A stretch of DNA of 64,000 bases from Squalus acanthias (taxonomy: Eukaryota): the NCBI GenBank assembly GCA_030390025.1, contig CM059446.1, forward strand, positions 38,254,001 to 38,318,000, in the 5' to 3' direction. Position 1 is the stretch's first letter, and every line of letters begins with the position of its first letter. The notes beneath the pieces were generated by a model, which saw nothing but the letters and a program-made list of their open reading frames with translations, had not been told where the DNA came from and searched no databases. Shown here one piece after another: positions 25,762 to 36,412 of the stretch. A program made the position numbers and the translations under genes.

Positions 25762-26256
25762 TTTTTTTATTCGTTTATGGGATGTGGGCGTCGCTGGCAA
25801 GGCCAGCATTTATTGCCCATCCCTAATTTTCCTTGAGAAGGTGGTGGTGAGCCGCCTTCTTGAACCGCTGCAGTCCATGTGGTGATGGTACTCCCACAGT
25901 GCTGTTAGGGAGGGAGTTCCAGGATTTTGACCCAGCAACGATGAAGGATCAGTGATATACTTCTAAGTCAGGATGGTGTGTGACTTGGAGGGGAACTTGG
26001 AGGTGGTGGTGTTCCCATGCGCCTGCTGCCCTTGTCCTTCTAGGTGGAAGAGGTCGCGGGTATGGGAGGTGCTGCCGAAGAAGCCTTGGCGAGTTGTTGC
26101 AGGGCATCTTGTAGATGGTACACACTGCAGCCACAGTACGCCGGTGGTGGAGGGAGTGAATGTTTAAGGTGGTGGATGGGGTGCCAATCAAATGGGCTGC
26201 TTTGTCCTGGATGGCGTCGAGCTTCTTGAGTGTTGTTGGAGCTGCACTCATCCAGG
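25762..26256 (-). mobile_element. Non-LTR retrotransposon 3' end (CR1/L2-group), about 495 bp
   Basis: WMSAAPTTLKKLDAIQDKAAHLIG...HRRTVAAVCTIYKM; colinear with 62511-63131; A-rich tail. Confidence 0.9.
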
Positions 26257-26905
26257 ATTCAGGCAAATTGAATCTTAAACCAGCGGAAAAGATCGCAGAA
26301 AACACAAACGTAAGTGGTTTTGGGCATAACTCACTTAACGTTTCGAATTCCCCGATCTTTTGCGCTGGTTTGGTCGACTTCAGCTGGATTGCGTTACTAT
26401 TACCAGCAAAAACAAGCAGAAGCTCAACCCCTCCTTCTTTGAGTATGAAAATTAAAGTTTCTACTCATTCAACCATTAACTCCTGCACATCAGGCACAGC
26501 ACGTTTAAGAACCTGTGATCGAGGAAGCTTTCCAATTTTGAATGTGACTCATGCTTATGCCGTAAAAGTGCTTTAAAAGAAACTGAAAATCCAATGCAGG
26601 TCTCAGTGAACATAGATTTAAAAAATGCTCAAAATATTGCAATAAAACACCTGAAAAATGACTTCCCTGCTGCACCTGAGCAAGCGCAATTGCAGCGACT
26701 TGTATATGAGGCTCTGTAGCTTGGGGTCATGGCCTGTTTTATTATTGGCGATGCGTTTAGGCGGAGGGATCAATAGATGCCCGTAAAAAGATCGAGGAGA
26801 TTTGAGTGTGTTGTACTTGCCTGTGTAACTCACTTACGCCCAAAATTGGTTTACGCCCAGGTTATACGTGTCTCTGGGCGCAAATACGGTGGAAATTCAA
26901 GGCCC
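26257..26905. mobile_element. MITE-like DNA transposon remnant
   Basis: CpG-rich, repeated ttacgcc motifs, ends in Harbinger-like terminus aaattcaaggccc. The other end was not identified. Confidence 0.5.
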
Positions 26906-27332
26906 TTATAGGAGCAATAATAATCACACTGACAGTCTTACTTTGATGGGACCCCATCTAGTATGAGATGATCAAGTCAGTATCTAGAGGGAAGAATTGC
27001 TGCATTCATGTTTTGTTACAGACAAATGAGGTGCCATCAGCAAGGACACAACTGAATTGTCTGTTTTGGAAAGGTAATCACATAGTAGGAATTGTAGCAA
27101 TGTTACTATATGACCTGTTATTAGGAAATAACCTAGATCCTAATGAAGTGTGCTTACTTGCAGTCAGACTGGGGCTGAAAAGCACAGCCAAATCAATTTA
27201 ATATTGATGGAGCTGGCTGTGGTGGACACTGACAACATTGTATAGGAGTGAAGACTTTCACCAATTGAACAAGGGAAGAGGGAATCTGGGACATTTTAAC
27301 CAGTGGGCTGTGCCCAAGGTCCAGTCGACAGA

Positions 27333-27478
27333 AGAACATAGAACATAAGAAATAGGAGCAGGAGTCAGCCATTTGGCCCTTCGAGTCTGCTCCACCATTC
27401 AATAACATCATGTCTGATCTTCGACCTCATCTCCACTTTCCTGCACTATCCCCATATCCCTTGATTCCCTTAATATTC
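27333..27478 (-). mobile_element. CR1 LINE 3' tail
   Basis: gaacatagaacataagaaataggagcaggag tail; minus translation GIKGYGDSAGKWR. Confidence 0.85.
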
Positions 27479-28198
27479 AGACTGAGCCCTTGCAAAGGTC
27501 GTGTGTATTCAGGCCTTGCAAACTGACAATGTGGCACAGCAAGAGCCAAGGAGATTTTCCAGGTATATGGAAGGGATATTGGCTCAACAATGAGTTTGAA
27601 ATAAACCATTTGTAAGGAATTAGAACTGTTCTGATAGATAGTAGTATCTTGGACATAGTGTAAAGCATTCTATTCAATGGACAGCAAGGGGTAGAAGGTT
27701 CAAAGCTTTGCTTACCACTGCATTTTATTATCTGACTTTTTTGAAGGATGCGGCACAAAATTTAAGATGTCTATCCAATGTCACAGTAAGGGTAAACAAG
27801 GAAATCAAACCAAAGTGAGGTTATGATCTCTATACCTTACCAACAAACCTTTTTAAAAGGGGCTATAGATACTGGGGTGGGGGTGGGGGGGGGGGAGGGG
27901 CACTGTTTTTAAGGAGGTGGGGAATAGATTCATCTTGATGTTGATGGATTGCATATCCAGATATCCACAGGCAGATGTATTCACATCAGTCCTGCAGCGG
28001 TAACTGTCCATTCTCCATTTGTAATATTTTGAGGGGTTTCCAGAACAAGCTCTGTCTGACCAGAGTACCAATGCTCTGGTCCAGTTGTCCTGCAGCTGTG
28101 GAAGCAATGCCATATCAAGCAATTCTGCATCACTCTGTGCCATACTCAAATAAATGGGCTGGTGGAGAAGTCTAACAGCATACTGAAGCAAATTCTTT

Positions 28199-28970
28199 GG
28201 GCTGGATTTTCAATGGCCCGTGGAGTCGGGTTTGGAGGCGTGTGGGGGGTTAAAATTGCGAAAAGTGACGGGCGGACCTGATCCCGACTCCAGTCCGCCT
28301 CCACGCAATTTTGACAAAATTAGTCGCAGGGTTCCCGACTCCGTCCCGCCTCCAAGAGGCAGGAGAGGCCATTAAAGCCCTGAACAAGCCCTAAATTGGC
28401 TCTGTAATGCCATTTTGAAATGTTTTAGCTAGTTTAACCCTTTTCTGACATGAAGCACACCTGATGTGAAACACGCCAGTGAAACCTGATGGGAGCACAA
28501 GTGGATAGCTGACTATCAGCTGCAGGTCCACTATTACAACGGAGATATGATGAAGGTAGTAGTAGTATTAGGTCTGAAAGTCGCCTCTGATGCTGCTGCA
28601 TTGAATGTCTTCAGAGACTGCCTGGCCTTTGCTGTGAGAGGACCTGGATGCAAAAAATCTCTCTCTCTCTCTCTCTCTCTTTCTCTGAGCTGCTGCTCAT
28701 TTTGCATCCAGGTCCTCTCACAGCAAAGGCCAGGCAGTGTCTGAGACCAGGCAGTGTCTGAAAGCCTTCAATGCAGCAGCAATGATGACATCATCAGAGG
28801 CGACTTTCAGACTGAAACCACTAATTGGTTCATGGGTTCCCACATGCTGGAACTCAATTGCCCAATTAAGTGAAAATTGCATCAATCTCCCACATCCAAT
28901 TGCAGACGGGTGGATAACACGAAATGTGGATGACACGACCCCAACCCGCCCCAGTATCAAAATCCAGCCC
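28199..28970. mobile_element. PIF/Harbinger-type MITE, 772 bp
   Basis: Perfect 12-bp TIR gggctggatttt / aaaatccagccc with TSD ttt on both sides. Confidence 0.9.
28572..28812. repeat. Internal inverted repeat around a (CT)n microsatellite
   Basis: 39-bp perfect arms at 28617-28655 and 28700-28738; 21-bp outer arms at 28572-28592 and 28792-28812; (ct)n at about 28659-28685. Confidence 0.92.
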
Positions 28971-29171
28971 TTTGTGCTTACACTGAAAAGAGCCCCCGTA
29001 ACTGCAATCAAAAGAATCCATACCTCTTTTCTACATATGAAGAGGTACCCAAGAAGTCAATAAAGTTCTTGTGCTTTGAACTATTATACAGACGCCGGAT
29101 CCGCAGAATGTTTTTGATGAGCAAAGAGGCAGAATCAAGGACAAGCATAATGCAAAGACCCAAGAACTCCA

Positions 29172-29327
29172 AATAAAGTGCTACTTCTACTGCCAGTAAG
29201 TCAACACAAATTACAGCCCAATTAGGAAGGTTCTATAGTGGACAACCATAATGATGTGAGTTACGTGGTTGGGATAACATCTCAGTGTCAGGTTTACCAT
29301 GTTAACATGCTAAGATCCTATCTTGAC
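29172..29327 (+). pseudogene. Gypsy integrase C-terminal (GPY/F-like) remnant
   Basis: NKVLLLLPVSQHKLQPN*EGSIV...DVSYVV...QVYHVNMLRSY (cf. GDKVLVLLP...KL..W.GPY.V...NY.V...VYHVNLLK.Y). Confidence 0.7.
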
Positions 29328-29881
29328 CAGAAGGCGTCATGCAAGTAATTCCCTGAGGCCTTGTTCCCTGCCCGAAGCCTCATTAAATGAGAGCACAGTT
29401 TGGAGATGGGTTTGATTCTATGGCTCCTGGTTCCATTCAGTGAGACTCCATGCTAAAAGTGGAGTTTTGCTGTGAGGGTTTTTCACCGAGAGGTTAAAAT
29501 TGCTTCGGGATGGTTGGAAGTCATCTTGTTTAAGTCAAGAAAGATGACCCACTGATGTGGGGAAGAATGATAAAATGTATGAATCGAATTAAGTGAGTCT
29601 GATCATAACTGCTGTTCTGTATGTTCACCTTACTGTGTAATAAAGCAGCTTAACGACCCCTTTCTGGTCTAGTCCCATCAAGTGTTTGCTCAGTCTGCAT
29701 TTAAGAAGATTGAAGAAGTACATAATTGAAAGACACAAATATCCAGATCGGATCACAAAGGAAATGATATTGTTATACCACTGGTGTTTGCTATCCTATA
29801 GGTAGATATTGGGCGGGACAAATTAACTCTGGAATATAAGAGGCGCAAGGCATGCATACAGGAGTGACCTGTTCCACCGAA

Positions 29882-32537
29882 ATGATCGACAAGATGGCTC
29901 CTGTGCTGGCAGCTCCCTAGGGAGCTCCTTTGCCATCCTTGGCCATCCGTTGCCATCCTTTGCTCTTTTTCCTCCCAGTCTCCTCTCTTCTGCTGTTTAA
30001 TTTCCCCTGGCTCTAATAGTGGGTGTATTTTATCCCTAACTGCAAGTTCAAGCTGCAAGGTTAAAGTTACCTGAGCCCACTGCCCATCCCCCGACCATGC
30101 CTGTTCTTTGTTCTCAGTGAGCACTGGCTCTTCACTTAAACTTAGCTCCCAAATTCCCAGACCTCTCTGCCGTCAAGACTACGCTTCTCCACTAGACTAG
30201 TGATCTAGTGACTAGTGGATCGCGAGTGGAGTTCGGGGCCAGGGATCGCGAGAATATCAGTGCTAATTTGACCCTGTGAGAGACAACATCATTCATGTCC
30301 GAGGCCGGGACCCAGGAGCGAGGACGAGCCCAGCAGCGAGGTCAAGGCCCAGGAGTGGCGCAGCGTGGACCAGCAGCGGGGTCGGGGCCCAGGGAAGGTG
30401 CGGCACAGGCCAACAGCGAGGTCGGGAGGACCACAATGCATCCTACGAAACCCAGGCAGAGAGGACCTGCGGGAAGGAGGGAGGAGGACAGTAGGAGTAT
30501 GTTTGTGTGTGTGTGCTAGGCCGTTGTAGCAGAGCCTGGTCTCCAATCGTCTTGGATCCCCTTGCCATTGGACCAAGACCTTGCTCTGTCAAGCCCGTGT
30601 GGTAGCTGGTGTGCAACGGCCACCCCACATTAAAATAATTCACTCATAGGCATCTTCCACCCTTTTAAATGAAGTTCGGGACCTGGAATGTCAGGACCCT
30701 CATGGACAACCCCAGCAGTGACAGACCGGAACGCCGTACTGCTATCGTTGCCCGGGAGCTCAGACGTTTCGACATTGACATCGCCGCCCTAAGTGAGACC
30801 CGGCGGGCAGGGGAAGGCCAGCTCAAGGAGCAAGGCGGTGGCTACACCTTCTTCTGGAAAGGCAAACCTGAAGAAGAACGCCGCCTCCATGGGGTAGGCT
30901 TCGCCATAAAAAATGAACTAGTTGGGCGTCTCAGAGACTCCCCTAGCGGTATAAACGAGCGCCTCATGACTCTTCGGCTCACCCTAACCCGGAACCAGTG
31001 CGCTACGGTCATCAGTGCGTACGCCCCAACACTGGAAGCCACAGACGAGACCAAAGAGGAATTCTACTCCAGCCTCGAACAATCCCTGTCCCGAGTCCCA
31101 ACGGGCGACAAGCTGATCCTCCTTGGAGACTTTAACGCCAGAGTTGGAAAGGACACTGACCTCTGGGGAGGTGTGATCGGCAGAGAGGGGGTAGGGAAAG
31201 CCAACTCCAACGGTACCCTCCTCCTGTCGAATTGCTTAGAACATGGCCTTGTCATAACCAACACCTTGTTCCGTCAGAGAGACAAGTACAAGGCTTCAAG
31301 GCCACACCCTCGCTCCAAGCACTGGCACCTGCTGGATTACGTCATCAACCGAGCGAGGGACCGCAAGGACGTCCGCATCACCCGCGCCATGACAGGAGCT
31401 GACGACTGCTGGACAGACCACCGCCTAATCTGCTCTGTCATCTCCATCAACGTAGCCCCAAAACAGCGGCGGCAACAGAAACAATGCCGCAGGAAAATTA
31501 ACGCTGGAGCACTCAAAGACCCCGTTAAGAAAGCCCTATTCAGCCTGTGCCTCACAAACAACCTGACGACTCCCAGTGATGCAGAGACACATAGTGCCCA
31601 CAGCGCCTGGTCTGCACTAAAGGCCTCCATAATCAGCACCTGTGAAGAGACGCTCGGTCACTCGACCAGGAAACACCAAGACTGGTTCGACAAGAACGAC
31701 CAGGAGATCCAGGAGCTAATAAGCCGCAAGCGCAAGGCATTCCTGATCTGGAAACAGCAACAGAACTCGAGAGCAAGGAAGCAGCTCTACAGATGCCTGA
31801 AGGCCGAGGTCCAACAAAAAACTCGCGACCTAAAGAACAGATGGTGGATGGAGAAAGCGCAGGAGATCCAGCAGCTAGCCGACAACCACGATGTGCGTGG
31901 ATTCTTTAGCGCAGTCAAGACCATCTACGGCCCAAGCACCCAAGGCTCTACCCCACTGCGGGCCAAGAACGGAGAGGTACTCATCAAGGACAGAGAGGTA
32001 GTCAGTGCCCGCTGGAAGGAGCACTTCGAAGATCTCCTTCACCGCGACTCTGTCTTCGACGCGAGTGTCCTCAACTCCATCCCGCAGCATGCTACCCGCC
32101 ACCATCTCAGCACAACCCCAGCCCGGCATGAGGTTGAAAAGGCCATCCGACAACTGAAGAACAACAAGGCCTCAGGAGCAGATGGAATCCCCGCCGAAGC
32201 ACTAAAGCATGGCGGAGAAGCACTACTGGTGCGAATTCATGAACTCATTTCCTTATATCCCTGGCCCAAGACCGCACAAAGTGGAGGAGAAGCATCCGGG
32301 AAGGCGCCGAACACCTCGAGTCTCTTCGCCGGGAGCAAGCGGAAGCCAAGCACAGGCAGCGCAAGGAGCGCACGTCAACCCAAGCACCCCACCCACCTGC
32401 CCCTTCAACCACCGTCTGCCCCACCTGTGACAGAGACTGTAGGTCCCACATTGGACTCATCAGTCACCTGCAAACTCATTTTTAATGTGGAAGCAAGTCA
32501 TCCTCGGTTCCAAGGGACTGCCTAAGAAGAAGAGAAG
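29882..32537 (+). mobile_element. RTE-clade LINE with both ends and an internal RT deletion
   Basis: 11-bp TSD gttccaccgaa (29871-29881 and 32538-32548); about 790-bp 5' UTR; (aag)n tail; GC/CpG-rich relative to the flanks. Confidence 0.93.
30669..32525 (+). CDS. RTE ORF: AP endonuclease plus linker, RT domain deleted, out-of-frame tail (618 aa)
   Basis: APE motifs TWNVRT, LSETR, YAPT, GDFNA, LDYV and TDHRL, then KASGADGIPAE (pre-RT). Homology breaks at about 32255-32260 and there is no YADD. A shifted frame from 32261 encodes LAQDRTKWR...CPTCDRDCRSHIGLISHLQTHF*, the RTE C-terminal C2H2 finger. Confidence 0.88.
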   Translation: MKFGTWNVRTLMDNPSSDRPERRTAIVARELRRFDIDIAALSETRRAGEGQLKEQGGGYTFFWKGKPEEERRLHGVGFAIKNELVGRLRDSPSGINERLMTLRLTLTRNQCATVISAYAPTLEATDETKEEFYSSLEQSLSRVPTGDKLILLGDFNARVGKDTDLWGGVIGREGVGKANSNGTLLLSNCLEHGLVITNTLFRQRDKYKASRPHPRSKHWHLLDYVINRARDRKDVRITRAMTGADDCWTDHRLICSVISINVAPKQRRQQKQCRRKINAGALKDPVKKALFSLCLTNNLTTPSDAETHSAHSAWSALKASIISTCEETLGHSTRKHQDWFDKNDQEIQELISRKRKAFLIWKQQQNSRARKQLYRCLKAEVQQKTRDLKNRWWMEKAQEIQQLADNHDVRGFFSAVKTIYGPSTQGSTPLRAKNGEVLIKDREVVSARWKEHFEDLLHRDSVFDASVLNSIPQHATRHHLSTTPARHEVEKAIRQLKNNKASGADGIPAEALKHGGEALLVRIHELISLYPWPKTAQSGGEASGKAPNTSSLFAGSKRKPSTGSARSARQPKHPTHLPLQPPSAPPVTETVGPTLDSSVTCKLIFNVEASHPRFQGTA

Positions 32538-33120
32538 GTTCCACCGAACCCATGAAAATATCTATGGCAGCCTTAAACTTATAACTGTTTGTCCATTGTG
32601 AATGTTTTGTTTGAAGTTAATTTATAGATCCACTCTGTCTAGAAACCTGTGAATGAAGGGAATCTGTGCAGACAAAAGTGTATTTTTCTACTGTATTGCT
32701 GTGAACCCTATGACCTCCAATACTTATTTGTATACGGTATGTGAATTCTTCATTTATTTCATTCAAAACCTCAACTTCTAATAAATTAATAGGTTAATGG
32801 AGGAACTTTGCTTCAGTTCATCAGTTCTTGTGTTCTGCTCAGACAAAGTATTCCAATGGTCCAACAATTTTGAAAGTTATGCAAAAGGATGAAAACAAAT
32901 TAATTTTGCCATTTATAGACAGAATTTAATTCAATTAACAAGTTACGTTTTGCACCTGAAGAAGTTCTTGCACTTTGTATTTATTTTTATATATTGCAAT
33001 TTTAGTCATTTGTGCCTTGACTGTAAATAAATATATCAGTAGCTGTATAACCTCATCTGTGTTTAATATCCACTATTCTAAAATGAGTGCAGTACAGCCT
33101 GATTTAAACAAGGAAGGCCA

Positions 33121-33288
33121 ATACAAAAGCGAAATACTGCGGATGCTGGAAATCTGAAATGAAAACAGAAAATGCTGGAAATACTCAGCAGGTCAGGCAG
33201 CATCTGTGGAGAGAGAAACAGAGTTAATGCTTCATCGACCTAAAACGTTAACCATGTTTCTCTCTCCACAGATGCTGCCTGACCCGTG
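33121..33288. mobile_element. Penelope-like-element-derived hairpin (second family)
   Basis: 30-bp perfect inverted arms at 33191-33220 and 33255-33284; the left arm extends by aaatactgcggatgctggaaatctgaaa; possible TSD aaggaaggcc / aagaaaggcc. Family assignment from recall. Confidence 0.75.
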
Positions 33289-33475
33289 AAGAAAGGCCTT
33301 TACTGTATGTGGGGTAATCGTTAATCCTGGGGCTATGCACCTCTTCTAAGGGCAGATATCAAAACGGTGTAGCCTTCAAATCCAAGGAAGTTCACTTGCA
33401 GGAATCACAGTGACACGGCTGAGAGGGAAAACCGTTTGATGAAAATTCAAAATTGTAACACTGCCAACAAAACAA

Positions 33476-33572
33476 AGAGTGACCACACTTCAAAAATAAT
33501 TCATTTGCTGTGAAGCACTTTGGGACGTCCTGTGGTCATGAACGCTGCTGTATAAATGCAAGTTCATTCTTT
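33476..33572 (+). mobile_element. DeuSINE 3' fragment
   Basis: gtgaccacacttcaaaa...tgggacgtcctg...tataaatgcaagt. Confidence 0.8.
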
Positions 33573-33895
33573 CGTTCCACTGGCTATTCACAGGTTAAAC
33601 TAAGAGCAGCCATGGAGGCGTCCATTGCCTAAACTATCCTGTTGTCCTGTCCAGAGGAGAATATGTGGTGGACAGTGACACAATTAGGATGGGAAGGCAA
33701 TAGAGACACAAAAAGAAGAAAAATACATGGTACAACCACTTTAGACTACCCATCCAGAGAAATCACGATCAATTGAAATTTGAGGTATATTAATGAATAT
33801 TACTTCTTTTTAAAAGATTGAGTTATCTACTACAAATCTATTGCCTTCAGACCACCAGTCATTATACTTTTTCCTTTTCTTTGCTTACAGGTAAA

Positions 33896-34004
33896 GTTCC
33901 CTACATTATAACAGTGACTACAATTCAAAAGTACTTAATCGGCTGTAAAGCGCTTTGGGAAGTCATGAGGCCGTGTAAGGCGCTATATAAATGTAAGTTC
34001 TTTC
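33896..34004 (+). mobile_element. DeuSINE 3' fragment
   Basis: cctacattataacagtgactaca...aaggcgctatataaatgtaagttctttc. Confidence 0.82.
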
Positions 34005-34050
34005 TACAGGTGATTATAATGGAATGTGGGAATGTAATTGTGGACACTAT

Positions 34051-34695
34051 GGGGGGAATTTTAACACGAGTGAGCGTGTGGGAGTGGGTGCGGGTGGGGT
34101 TTAAATGGAGAAAAATTCCAAACGTGTCGGGAAGCCGGCTCCAACCCGCCAACTTCCAGGTTTTTCAGAGGCGGGACAAGAGACGGGCAGTCAACCCGCT
34201 CCCAGCAGGCGTGTTGGCAGTTTAAATATGTTAATGAGGCTGGCAGCTTCTGATTGAACTTCGGGAAACCCGCTAGCTGAAGCAAGGCGAGGACAGCTTC
34301 GAGGAGAAGGGAAGTGCCTTTACAGCACTGGTTGTGGGCCAGGTGGAGCAGGAGTGCTTCATCCCGGCCCCCCAAACTCCTCCCTCCCCCCCCCAACCCC
34401 TCCCATCAGACCCGCCCCCCCTCCCCCCCCTGCATACAATGTCATCCGGGGTCGGGAATTGGACTCCCCTCCCCAAGGTCAGGAATCGGACCCCACCCAC
34501 CCCCGGGATCGGAACCCCACTGGGGTCGGAGATCGGACCTACCTGGTCCTGCGGCCTGCTCCCCGCCCGACTGGAAGCCAAGCCTGTCAATCAGCTAAAA
34601 CTCCACAGGATGCGGGGAAACCCAGACTTCCGGGTTTCCGGTCAGAAACTCCGCCCCCCGCACCTACGTAACCCGTACGAGTAAGTACTCAGGCC
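34051..34695. mobile_element. GC-rich MITE-like element
   Basis: Abrupt GC/CpG-rich block starting ggggggaattttaac (Harbinger-like terminus) and ending actcaggcc; shares aacccgc motifs with the other MITEs. No clean TSD. Confidence 0.6.
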
Positions 34696-35954
34696 GATGT
34701 TGTAGCAGATTTATTCTGTCGGCAAATGCAGAAAAAGATGATAGCTTAGCAGCTAGTGTTGTCGATGTGAATGCACAAATACTTTGCACATTAACATTTC
34801 CTTGACCAGTATTTTAACACAGATATTAACCCGCTTACCTTAGTTATGAGATAGCATCTCCATTGAAATAGCGGACAAGGGAATGTCATACGAGTGTGTT
34901 AAACGCTCATTCCATATTATTAGCAACAGTAACTTCTTGGCTTACAACAGTAAGTGACCTGCCAATTAACCTGTGGATTTAATTAGGGTTGCATTTCCCC
35001 CTTAAATCGCAATTATTTATCTGGCTAGGAGCTGCGACAATAGCTTCTGTCCGACATATTCTTAGCAGCCAGTAGCCAGAGGGAGGCAGAAGTTGCCTGC
35101 TGAATTAATCTACACAGAAAAGGTTCCGTTATCTTAATGTTGCATCTTGTTGTATGTGACCATACTGAACAAGTGACATCGTCTCCTGCACTGTGGCTGG
35201 AATTTAAGTTTGTGGATTGTCTACATCTAGTCTCTATCATTATACTGCACCTACATCAAAATGGCTCATGTATTTCAATTATACCATTGTGCAACTTACG
35301 TATATTTTAAGTATGTTTTAAGTTCCGAAGGACAAAATTGGCTTGAAATTTAATAACAAGCATATTTCTGCAATATTTTAACACTTTGCTAGTTACAGGT
35401 ATACACACTGTTTTTAACCTCACAAAAGTTCTATATGTTGGTCAAATGTAAACATTCAAAGTAAGCGCACATATGATGGCTGAAAACATATTTCTCTTTG
35501 ATACTCAAAGCCTCATTTTAATGATGTAATAGGAGAGTGAAATTTGTCCTGTTAAGTTTGCTAAAAGAAGTTGTTATGACTGCAATATAGGAAATTCTGT
35601 TTTATACTGATGTACAGTTCTTGTTCAAATTATCAACAGGAGCAATTAGTCTTTGCCAAAGCTGATAGCTGCTTTTCCTTGCTGTGTCACTGACAAACAT
35701 GGGTACCTGAAAGAAAGAGCCTCCATTGCACTGGAAAAGATCATTAATGATGCAGTTACTAAAAGTAATGGTTTAAGACTGATGCCTGGCTTAGAATACT
35801 GTGTTGCTAGTTATACTGTTGAGTCTGCAATGTTCTCTAATCAGGAAAAACAGAAAGCTTGCACACATCTACACAGCTACTGAATGCCTGTTAAATTTTC
35901 ATGTCAAGAGCATGATTAAAATAAGACTTTTTGTCAGCTGTCTGCTAACATTAT

Positions 35955-36412
35955 GTTAGCTGTGGCTCAGTGGTAGCACTTGAGTCAGAAGATTGTGGGT
36001 TCAAGTCCCACTCCAGAGACTTGAGGACATAATCTAGGCTGACACTTCAGTTCAGGACTGAGGGTGTGCTGCATTGTTGGAGGTGCCGTCTTTTGGATGA
36101 GATGTTAAACCGAGGCCCCACCTGTCCTCTCAGGTGGACATAAAAGATCCCATGGCTGTATTTGAAGTAAAGCAGAGTTGTTCTTCCCATTAACCTGACC
36201 AATAATTATCCCTCAATCAACATCACTAAATCTGGTCATTCTCACATTGCTGTTTGTGGGACCTTGCTGTGTTCAAATTGGCTGCCGTGTTTCCTACATT
36301 ACAACAGTGACTACACTTCAAAAGTACTTCATTGTCTCTAAAGCGCTTTGGAACTTCCTGAGGTCCTGAAAGGCGCTATATAAATGCAAGTCTGTCTTTT
36401 CTTTTTTTTCTT
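35955..36412 (+). mobile_element. DeuSINE/SacSINE1-like SINE, full length
   Basis: A-box tggctcagtgg, B-box-like gggttcaagtccc, complete body and tail aaaggcgctatataaatgcaagtc plus a T-rich run. Confidence 0.93.

Noticed and set aside
32261-32525. C-terminal about 88 aa of the 618-aa ORF as a novel domain
   Set aside because: It is the wrong-frame read-through of the RTE zinc-finger tail after the deletion.
34273-34684. Overlapping Pro/Gly-rich ORFs
   Set aside because: Arise from C-runs in a GC-rich MITE; open in several frames because stops are scarce.
35955-36015. tRNA-like A/B boxes (also at 11300, 13145 and 59370-59430)
   Set aside because: These are SINE heads continuous with SINE bodies, not complete cloverleafs.
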